64,000 nt of DNA, taken from the NCBI GenBank assembly GCA_041750285.1, contig JBGSZS010000018.1, forward strand, positions 64,048-128,047, read 5' to 3'. The notes beneath the pieces are model-generated. The model was not told the origin of the DNA. It was given only the letters and a program-made list of their open reading frames with translations, and did not search any database. This document shows, one piece after another, positions 57,191 to 64,000 of this stretch. How positions within the stretch are numbered: the stretch's first letter is position 1; each line of letters starts with the position of its first letter. Made by a program: the position numbers and the translations under genes. The stretch is from Candidatus Fermentibacteraceae bacterium (GTDB taxonomy: Bacteria > Fermentibacterota > Fermentibacteria > Fermentibacterales > JCC-6).

Positions 57191-58152
57191 TGGTCACGAT
57201 CAAGGCGCCCGCAAAGATAAACCTCGGGCTGAGGATCCTTGCTCCCAGACCCGACGGCTACCACGGCATACGAAGCGTTTTCTGTCCCGTAACACTGGCC
57301 GACACACTGAGGCTGACCCCGACCGCGCGGAAGGGTGTGATAACCCTCGAATGCGGTGGAATTCCATCTCCGGAGGGACAGGACAACATCGTGTTCCGCG
57401 CCGCCGCGCTCTTTCTCGAGGCCACCCGGGCCGATATGGGCGTTGATGTCAGCCTTCACAAGGTCATACCATCTCCGGGAGGGCTGGGCGGGGGAAGCAG
57501 CGATGCGGCTGCCGTCCTTCTCGCCATGGCGTTCCTTTCGGGCGAATGGGCCGGCCTTGAAGAAATTGCCCTTGAGCTGGGAAGCGATGTGCCGTTCTTC
57601 CTCGGTGACGGTCCCGCCCTGGTGGAGGGCCGGGGTGAAAAACTGACACCCGCAGCGGTTCCCGGTTTCTTCGCCGTCCTCGTGGACTCGGGGGAAGCCG
57701 TGGCAACGCCCTGGGCCTACCGGCTTTTCGACCTTGAGCCGCGCCCGCCCGCCTTGACAAATGCAGGGGTTTCGTGCGATGATTGCGGCCTGATAACTGC
57801 GAAGTGGCATGAGGGTAAGCCTTATCCCGCAGACCTTCGGAACGATTTCCTTCCTCTGCTCTCCAGGCGCCTGCCAGGCATTGAAAAGGTGGCAAGATCC
57901 CTTTCGGGCCTGACCGAAGACTGGGGTCTCAGCGGGTCGGGACCGGTGCTTTACGCCCTGTTCCGAACCGCCGGGGAATCGGAAGTGGCTGCGAAGGTCC
58001 TGCGGGAGAGCTTCACCCGGGTGTATACCGCGGAATCTTTGTCAACGCTGGGGCGTCGTCAAATGGTTAAGACACAGGGTTTTGGTCCCTGCATTTGGGG
58101 GTTCGAGTCCTCCCGCCCCAGCCAGCCTTCCGTACACCGGGAAAGGATATAG
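57190..58152 (+). CDS. ispE: 4-diphosphocytidyl-2-C-methyl-D-erythritol kinase
   Basis: IKAPAKINLGLRIL and the GHMP-kinase motif PSPGGLGGGSSDAAA. Its ATG shares the A of the upstream TGA. The open frame runs through the tRNA-Gln gene before reaching a stop. Confidence 0.75.
   Translation: MVTIKAPAKINLGLRILAPRPDGYHGIRSVFCPVTLADTLRLTPTARKGVITLECGGIPSPEGQDNIVFRAAALFLEATRADMGVDVSLHKVIPSPGGLGGGSSDAAAVLLAMAFLSGEWAGLEEIALELGSDVPFFLGDGPALVEGRGEKLTPAAVPGFFAVLVDSGEAVATPWAYRLFDLEPRPPALTNAGVSCDDCGLITAKWHEGKPYPADLRNDFLPLLSRRLPGIEKVARSLSGLTEDWGLSGSGPVLYALFRTAGESEVAAKVLRESFTRVYTAESLSTLGRRQMVKTQGFGPCIWGFESSRPSQPSVHRERI
58049..58124 (+). tRNA. tRNA-Gln (anticodon UUG), CCA encoded
   Basis: UGGGGCGUCGUCAAAUGGUUAAGACACAGGGUUUUGGUCCCUGCAUUUGGGGGUUCGAGUCCUCCCGCCCCAGCCA. 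Confidence 0.85.
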
Positions 58153-58154
58153 TA

Positions 58155-58769
58155 ATGCCGTTGGAACTCAACATCGAAACCAGGACCCGAAAAGGTTCGA
58201 GGGAAGCAAGACGGATCCGCCGGGAAGGCCTAGTGCCCGGCATCCTCTACGGACGGGGCGGAGAGATGCCCGTCTCCGTCGACGCGCACCACTTCATGAC
58301 AGTGGTGGGCTACAACACCTCGCTTGGGATCATCAGGCTCAACATCAAGGGCGGGAAACCGGAGAACTGCATCGTGAAGGAGGTTCAGTGGAACCCCATC
58401 AACGACAAACCGATGCACATCGATTTTCTCAGGGTGCTCCCAACTCAGATGATCACGGTGCCCGTGCCCCTGCACCTCGAGGGAACCCCAAAGGGGCTCC
58501 TGCAGGGCGGCATTCTCGATCACATGCTCCACGAGGTCAATGTGACCGTGAAGGCCTCAGACATCCCCCACAGCATTGCCGTGGATGTGAGCGGGCTTGA
58601 GATGGGCGATGCCCTTCACGTTTCCGACATCGTTCTCCCCAAGGGCATGACCATTGACATGTCCGGGGAGCAGGTGGTGGCCTCCGTCATCGCCCCCAGG
58701 GTAATGAAGACCGCTTCCGAGACCGAAGCCACGGAGGGTGAAACCCCAGAGGCCGGCGAAGGGGAGTAG
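58155..58769 (+). CDS. rplY: 50S ribosomal protein L25 / general stress protein Ctc
   Basis: LNIETRTRKGSREARRIRREGLVPGILYG. Internal ATG with a GAAAGGA RBS. Confidence 0.85.
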   Translation: MPLELNIETRTRKGSREARRIRREGLVPGILYGRGGEMPVSVDAHHFMTVVGYNTSLGIIRLNIKGGKPENCIVKEVQWNPINDKPMHIDFLRVLPTQMITVPVPLHLEGTPKGLLQGGILDHMLHEVNVTVKASDIPHSIAVDVSGLEMGDALHVSDIVLPKGMTIDMSGEQVVASVIAPRVMKTASETEATEGETPEAGEGE

Positions 58770-59357
58770 GTGCCCCCGGGCGGAATAGGCCTGGTTCTCT
58801 GCCTTGGCAACCCGGGCCCCAAGTACACACTGACCTGGCACAACGCCGGTTTCTGGACCGGCGATGTCATTGCACGCGAGGCCGGCGTTTCTTTCAGGAA
58901 CGCCGGCCTTTTCCACGCGGCGGTCCTTCCCGGCGGAATACACCTTGCCAAACCCGTCACGTACATGAACGAGAGCGGACGGGCCGCAGGCGCGCTTCTG
59001 AACTCGCGGGGGCTCGAACCATCGGAGATGCTGGTGGTCTGCGACGACGCCAACCTGCCCCTGGGAACGCTCAGACTGAGACCTGAAGGTTCGGCAGGCG
59101 GACAGAAGGGACTTGCCAGCATTATCGAAGTTCTGGGCACCGAGAGCTTTCCGCGCCTGAGGCTCGGTATCGGGCCAGTTCCCGAGGGAGTGCCACTGAG
59201 CAGCTTCGTGCTTTCAAGGGTTCCCAAAAGCCTTGAGGAAGAGGCTTCAGTGATGGCGCACAGGGCTGCGGACTGTGTTACGCTTGCACTGCGCAGCGGT
59301 ATCATGGAAGCCCAGTCCGCCTACAACACCAGGACGGGGCAGCGGGAGGCGCCCTGA
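58770..59357 (+). CDS. pth: peptidyl-tRNA hydrolase
   Basis: LVLCLGNPGPKYTLTWHNAGF. The GTG start immediately follows the rplY stop. Confidence 0.85.
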   Translation: MPPGGIGLVLCLGNPGPKYTLTWHNAGFWTGDVIAREAGVSFRNAGLFHAAVLPGGIHLAKPVTYMNESGRAAGALLNSRGLEPSEMLVVCDDANLPLGTLRLRPEGSAGGQKGLASIIEVLGTESFPRLRLGIGPVPEGVPLSSFVLSRVPKSLEEEASVMAHRAADCVTLALRSGIMEAQSAYNTRTGQREAP

Positions 59358-59380
59358 GAGGCGCCCCCCTGAAAACTTGG

Positions 59381-60970
59381 TTACTGCTGTGCAGCCATCG
59401 CGAGTGAACCGATGAAGTTCACCAGTTCAGGTCCGGAAACCTCGGTATGTGATCTCATCACACCGTCGGCCGCGGTGACTCCGCCGGTCACCCAGAGCGT
59501 GGGCAGGATTTCGGGCAGGTCGATATCTTCGGGGCTGAACTGCCTGATCATTCCCAGATATCCGCCGATCTCCATGGCGTAGTCGAACATTCCATCTCCT
59601 GAAAGACCCTGAATGCCGGAAGCGGGGGCAAAGTCTCCCGATACTGTCTGAAGGATCGCCGTGGGGGCTTCGCCGGTCTCGACCATGAAAAGGCCGTCGA
59701 GGGAAGCGAACCAGTAGTTGATCGTGAGTGTGTCGAACGGAGCTTCTTCCCCGGTCATGATGACCGTGAAACGGGAATTCATCATCTCAACGCCATCAAC
59801 CGTGATGTTCTCGCACGGAGAGAAGCTGACCAGGCCCGCCATCTCCTGGGGAAGCATGGACTGGGACCTTGCGGCCATGTCCATGATCATCGCCGTCATG
59901 CCGGCAAGGTCCTGGCCCTGGGGCATTGAGTACACGGCCATGAACCGCATGAAGCCGTCGCTGAAGAAAGACATGGCTGCGCAGCTGCTCATCTCGGTCC
60001 AGATGTCGGCAACGGCGGGGTCGATTTCGAAACCAATGGCCTGGTAAATGCTGTTCATAACGATCCCGGTAAGTTCGGGAGGCATTTTAACCTGGGCGGA
60101 CATTACCTGCCCGGCGGGAATCCTGTCGAGGAGGGAAGGGCTGTCGGGCGTTACCACAAGCCTGGCAAGGTCGCTGCCCTCCTTGAAGAGCACGGTTTGA
60201 TCCGCCGTGATGGTTTCGGGCCCGAAGGTGAGGATCACTTCGGCGCGATCGGTCTGGTTGAGGACCACCACCGCGGCGTCGAAGTAAAGGGTCATCAGGT
60301 TGCCGGCGAATGCCGGCATCTCGGCATCGGTGGCGGCTGCCTGGGCTATCATGGGGATCTGCGAGGCAGCCATGGGGCCGATCATCGCGATGTTCACCGA
60401 CGAATAGACCGATGCCGGCGGAACTTCGAGCGCCGCTTCGGGATCAAGGGCCTGGGCCATCTCCGAAAGCTTGTTGCGGGTCATGGCCATAAGAGCCACT
60501 CCGCGGGATTCGGCCACGAAGATCGTGCCGTTCTCGGAGGGGGCCTGGAAGACTTCCATCTTGTCGAGGGGTTCGCCGGGCTCGAACTCGAGGCCGAGCC
60601 TTTCGAGAAGGGAGATGAAGGCAGTCATATCGGTTATGGACACGGCCATGGCCATGGACTGGGGCATCATGCTCTCCATCCAGAAGACCACTGAACCCTG
60701 GGGATCAACACCGAGGGTTGCGAGGTCATCGAGAGCATCGATCCCGAGATAGCTGACCGCTGCGTTCTCAACCACGCCCTCGCCAAGGAACGGGGCGCCG
60801 GACGCAATGTAGGCATCCATGTTTCGCACGGCGGTAACCGGTTGCGTGAGAACGACTGATACCATTGCGTCTTCCGGCAGAAGGGACAGAGGGCTCGCCG
60901 GCTCCTGGCTGCCGCACCCGGCAAGCACCAGTGCGAACAGGCAGGCAGAGACCGCTAACCTTCGAAGCAT
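59381..60970 (-). CDS. Met-rich hypothetical lipoprotein
   Basis: MLRRLAVSACLFALVLAGCG lipobox. Unusually Met-rich, with clusters such as MTAMIMDMAARSQSM and WMESMMPQSMAMA. Confidence 0.5.
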   Translation of the reverse strand: MLRRLAVSACLFALVLAGCGSQEPASPLSLLPEDAMVSVVLTQPVTAVRNMDAYIASGAPFLGEGVVENAAVSYLGIDALDDLATLGVDPQGSVVFWMESMMPQSMAMAVSITDMTAFISLLERLGLEFEPGEPLDKMEVFQAPSENGTIFVAESRGVALMAMTRNKLSEMAQALDPEAALEVPPASVYSSVNIAMIGPMAASQIPMIAQAAATDAEMPAFAGNLMTLYFDAAVVVLNQTDRAEVILTFGPETITADQTVLFKEGSDLARLVVTPDSPSLLDRIPAGQVMSAQVKMPPELTGIVMNSIYQAIGFEIDPAVADIWTEMSSCAAMSFFSDGFMRFMAVYSMPQGQDLAGMTAMIMDMAARSQSMLPQEMAGLVSFSPCENITVDGVEMMNSRFTVIMTGEEAPFDTLTINYWFASLDGLFMVETGEAPTAILQTVSGDFAPASGIQGLSGDGMFDYAMEIGGYLGMIRQFSPEDIDLPEILPTLWVTGGVTAADGVMRSHTEVSGPELVNFIGSLAMAAQQ

Positions 60971-61089
60971 TTTGCACCTCCGTAACATCGAAAGAAAGAG
61001 AGACTTGATGCAAAGCTAACAAAAATGGTACCCCGGTGTCAAAAAACGCCCTTCTTTTCAAATGGGGGCCGCCGGGTTAGAATTGACCC

Positions 61090-61893
61090 ATGGCATCAGA
61101 CTACGACCTTTTTTCGAGTTTTCAGGACGCCCCGGGTTCGGTGCTTTTCGTCGACACCGAGACAACGGGGGCCGACACCTCGCAGGACCACATCGTCGAG
61201 GTCGCTTTCCTGCTCGCGGAATACAGGGGAACAACCCCGCTGGAATCAACCGGCGAGTTCTCCTCCCTCGTCAAACCTCCGGTTCCGGTCCCTCCCGAGG
61301 CCTCCGCGGTGCATCACATAACGAACGCAATGCTTGAGGACGCCCCTTCCGCCGCCGACCTTCACGAAACCGTACGTGAGCTTTCGGAACGGGCCTCGTT
61401 CATCTGCGCCCACAACCTCCCCTTCGACCTGGCCATGCTGCAAAGGGGGTTTCCCGGGGTTTTCTCGGGCTTCACCGAAGACCGCCGCATCGACACTTTG
61501 CGCCTTTCCAGGCACTGCTTCAGCGACATACCCAGTCACGGGCTCCAGGCGCTGCGCTACAGACATGGGCTCGATGGCGCCATCCCCCCCGGCGACGCCC
61601 ACCGTGCCCTTTTCGACACCAGGCTCGTAAAGGCCCTTCTCGATTCGATACTCGGGAAGAACCTGACCGGAGCCACAGGGCTTCCCGAACTCGTCCGGTT
61701 CATTGCAAGGCCCCTCGAGATCAAGGTCTTTAATTTCGGAAAGCACAAGGGCTGTCTGGTGGAAGATACCGCCGCGACAGACCCCGACTACATCCGCTGG
61801 CTTCTCAAGCAGGAGTGGCTGCCCGTGGAATACCCCGACCTCCACCACACCCTCCTGAAAAAGTCCTCCCAGAACGGCAGCCATGCAACCTGA
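61090..61893 (+). CDS. DnaQ-like DEDDh 3'-5' exonuclease with a C-terminal extension
   Basis: LFVDTETTG Exo I motif, FICAHNLPFD Exo II motif and H-x4-D Exo III motif (DAHRALFD). Confidence 0.7.
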   Translation: MASDYDLFSSFQDAPGSVLFVDTETTGADTSQDHIVEVAFLLAEYRGTTPLESTGEFSSLVKPPVPVPPEASAVHHITNAMLEDAPSAADLHETVRELSERASFICAHNLPFDLAMLQRGFPGVFSGFTEDRRIDTLRLSRHCFSDIPSHGLQALRYRHGLDGAIPPGDAHRALFDTRLVKALLDSILGKNLTGATGLPELVRFIARPLEIKVFNFGKHKGCLVEDTAATDPDYIRWLLKQEWLPVEYPDLHHTLLKKSSQNGSHAT

Positions 61894-63181
61894 CACCTGG
61901 GTCGTCGAGGGAGGGTGCCGCCTTCAGGGCGTCCTGAGGCCTGCGGGAAGCAAGAACGCTGCTCTGCCCGAGCTGGCTGCCTGCCTTCTTGCCGATTCCG
62001 GTTGCGTCCTTCGAAACATGCCCGCCATACGCGATGCCGGGGCAATGACAGGGATCCTCGAGGGCATGGGTTGCCGGGTCGAGTCAGGGGAAAACACGGT
62101 TTCGATCGATTCAGGCAACGCCTCGCCGGACAGGCTCGATCAGGACCTCTGCCGAAGCATCAGGGCCTCCATACTTCTCGCGGCTCCCGTGGCGGCCAGG
62201 TTCGGCACCGTCTCCCTTCCCCCGCCCGGCGGTGATGTCATAGGCAAGCGCCGGCTCGACACCCATTTCCTGGTGCTCGAAAAACTGGGGGCAAAGGTCG
62301 AGTACAGGCGCAGCAGCATTCTGATAACGGCCCATGGGGGACTGAAGGGAACCAGGATTCACCTCGACGAACCCTCGGTAACAGCTACCGAGAACGCTCT
62401 GATGGCCGCCTGCGTTGCCACCGGCGAAACCGAGATATACAACGCGGCATGCGAGCCCAATGTGCAGGACCTTGCAGCCATGCTCACAAGGATGGGTGCG
62501 CTGATCCAGGGCGCGGGAACCAACCTGATAAGGGTCGAGGGCAGGGGCGGCTTGCTCCGGGGCGCCGACCATACGGTCTGCCCCGACCACATCGAGATCG
62601 GAAGCTTCATAGGGCTTGCAGCGTGCTGCCGGGGCAGGGTCGAGATCCCCGGCGTGCCAGAGTCCATAATTCAGCCCATAATGACGGGCCTGGGCAAACT
62701 GGGTGTCGAGATCATCCACGACCGGGGCGTTGTAACGGTTCCCCAGGACCAGCCGCTCGAGGTCAGGCCCGACATCGGGGGCGACATTCCCACGATCTAC
62801 GACGGCCCATGGCCGGGTTTCTCCCCCGACCTCACAAGCACGGCAGTGGTCACGGCAACGCAGTCCAGCGGGACCAGCCTCATCTTCGAGAAGATGTTCG
62901 AGAGCAGGCTTTTCTTCACCGACAAACTTGCTGCCATGGGCGCCCGGCTCATCCTCTGCGACCCTCACAGGGTGGTCATCTCGGGGCCCTGCAGGCTTCA
63001 TGGAACCGAGGTCTCGAGCCCGGATATAAGGGCGGGAATGGCTCTTCTCACGGCGGCTCTGTGCGCCGAGGGCAGCACGGTGATACGCAACGTGCGGCAG
63101 ATAGAGAGGGGCTACGAGAACATAGTTGACAGGCTTACGGCGCTTGGAGCGCACATAGGGGTCATGGGGGAGGAGCAGTAA
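61883..63181 (+). CDS. murA: UDP-N-acetylglucosamine 1-carboxyvinyltransferase; Asp at the fosfomycin-target position
   Basis: Full-length EPSP-synthase-fold MurA. The active-site loop reads PPPGGDVIGKRRLD, whereas E. coli has PGGCAIGARPVD. Asp118 is encoded by gat at 62234-62236. Confidence 0.9.
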   Translation: MQPDTWVVEGGCRLQGVLRPAGSKNAALPELAACLLADSGCVLRNMPAIRDAGAMTGILEGMGCRVESGENTVSIDSGNASPDRLDQDLCRSIRASILLAAPVAARFGTVSLPPPGGDVIGKRRLDTHFLVLEKLGAKVEYRRSSILITAHGGLKGTRIHLDEPSVTATENALMAACVATGETEIYNAACEPNVQDLAAMLTRMGALIQGAGTNLIRVEGRGGLLRGADHTVCPDHIEIGSFIGLAACCRGRVEIPGVPESIIQPIMTGLGKLGVEIIHDRGVVTVPQDQPLEVRPDIGGDIPTIYDGPWPGFSPDLTSTAVVTATQSSGTSLIFEKMFESRLFFTDKLAAMGARLILCDPHRVVISGPCRLHGTEVSSPDIRAGMALLTAALCAEGSTVIRNVRQIERGYENIVDRLTALGAHIGVMGEEQ

Positions 63182-63183
63182 CG

Positions 63184-64000
63184 ATGAGAAGGGCAGCCCT
63201 GGCATTGTCTGCAGCCGTTCTGGCAGGATGCGGGAACAACCCGCAGGAAGCTGCTCCATGGCCCGACGGCGCCCAGCTGTGGGTCAGCTCGAGCTTCGCC
63301 GACACCGCCCTGGCGTGGTCCCCTTTCGGCAACGTCCTGCTGTTCAGCCAGAACTCCTGGATCTGGGGGTTTGACGGATCAGGCGAGCCGGCGCTCTGCA
63401 CGTTCACCGACATGCTCGAATCCACCGGGCCGAACGGCTGCTGGAACGCCGAGAACTTTCTCATCGTCTACTCGGCGGTCGACGACTCGACGGGCATCGG
63501 GCAGATCCGGACCATCCCCGGGAACGGAACAGCGGTAACCGTGGTCCTCGACCCCGGACTCCCCGTTACATTTCCCTCATGGAACCCGTCGGGCGACAGC
63601 CTGGTTTTCTCGATGCGGCCGCTCGGCTCCTGGAGCCGCAGGCTTTTCACGATGCCACACCAGGCCGATACGCTCATGCCCGTCGAGATCCCCCTGCTTC
63701 CCGGCGACTGCGTAAGGGCAAGCTACAGCCCCGAAGGCTCGCACATCCTCTTCCAGTACCGCGAGACGCAGGACTCCCCCTGGAGCATCTGGGTGGTTCA
63801 CCCCGACGGCACCGGCGCCAGGCCTGTCGCCCAGGGCGGGCACTGCGTGCACCCCTGCTGGGGTCCGTACGACGGCTGGTTCGTCTTCTCCACCGACCGA
63901 TGGGGCAACTACGAACTTGCTGCGGCCCACATCGACGCAGACACGGTGATCAGGATCACCGACGACCCATCGACAGATCTTTACCCTGCCTGGAACACCG
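63184..64000 (+). CDS. lipoprotein with TolB-like (PD40) beta-propeller repeats; partial, continues past the window end
   Basis: The ATG at 63184 gives MRRAALALSAAVLAGCGNN (LAGC lipobox). It contains repeated W/Y-rich propeller-blade motifs. There is no stop before position 64000, so it is absent from the ORF track. Confidence 0.6.
   Translation, partial: MRRAALALSAAVLAGCGNNPQEAAPWPDGAQLWVSSSFADTALAWSPFGNVLLFSQNSWIWGFDGSGEPALCTFTDMLESTGPNGCWNAENFLIVYSAVDDSTGIGQIRTIPGNGTAVTVVLDPGLPVTFPSWNPSGDSLVFSMRPLGSWSRRLFTMPHQADTLMPVEIPLLPGDCVRASYSPEGSHILFQYRETQDSPWSIWVVHPDGTGARPVAQGGHCVHPCWGPYDGWFVFSTDRWGNYELAAAHIDADTVIRITDDPSTDLYPAWNT

Noticed and set aside
59358-59380. Hairpin GGCGCC-CTGAGA-GGCGCC after pth as a terminator
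   Set aside because: GGCGCC is self-complementary, so a 6-bp stem is trivial, and the downstream sequence is C-rich rather than U-rich. The 23-bp gap between the convergent genes leaves little room for a real terminator.
62111-63259. Minus-strand 382-aa ORF
   Set aside because: Antisense to murA, which is full length and conserved.

Overview
This is a high-GC (about 65%), gene-dense bacterial chromosomal segment, and almost all of it is housekeeping. All calls below are made by eye from the six-frame track and the raw sequence, with no database searches. The ORF track omits ORFs that run off the window edges, so the UvrD-like helicase at 1..1480 and the TolB-like lipoprotein at 63184..64000 were found by translating the sequence directly.

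The main gene blocks are:
- rpsB-tsf-pyrH-frr-uppS-cdsA-dxr-rseP, all on the minus strand, plus rplM-rpsI
- cinA-thpR-recA-recX
- pgpA-pgsA-recR-ybaB-dnaX, with an unannotated SRP RNA just upstream of dnaX
- etfB-etfA-acyl-CoA dehydrogenase
- yceD-rpmF-plsX-fabH-fabG-acpP-fabF, with no fabD
- phosphohexomutase-ctp-tmk
- myo-inositol-1-phosphate synthase next to a CDP-alcohol phosphatidyltransferase, then rsmI and an Na/Pi cotransporter
- a UbiA-type DPPR-synthase-like gene, then ispE-tRNA-Gln-rplY-pth
- a DEDDh exonuclease followed by murA

There are four tRNAs: Ala-CGC, Ser-GGA, Ser-TGA and Gln-TTG. I found no transposase, integrase, CRISPR array or obvious mobile element. Several secreted proteins end in T9SS/FlgD-like C-terminal sorting domains, which points to an FCB-group, probably uncultivated, organism. 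That is an inference.

The most interesting observations are:
1. A candidate selenoprotein at 28538..29539. A signal peptide and a thioredoxin-fold domain carrying a U-G-T-C redox motif (in-frame TGA) are followed by a SECIS-like hairpin at the canonical spacing, and the frame continues into a T9SS-sorted C-terminal domain. Standard gene callers would split it.
2. A six-gene, translationally coupled operon at 1967..8860. It encodes an Omp85-family barrel fused to an HExxH domain and a TolB-like propeller, then YhhQ, an FGE/DUF1566-like protein, an LpoB-like lipoprotein, a TPR-like exported protein and DeoC.
3. A possible sigma54-promoter/terminator-bounded small RNA at 1805..1992.
4. A PP2C-like transmembrane protein whose catalytic aspartates appear to be substituted.
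5. A TPR protein with a near-perfect 162-bp tandem duplication inside an acidic EPEP repeat array.
6. A MurA with Asp at the fosfomycin-target Cys position.
7. An inositol-lipid / polyprenyl-phosphoribose gene neighbourhood.
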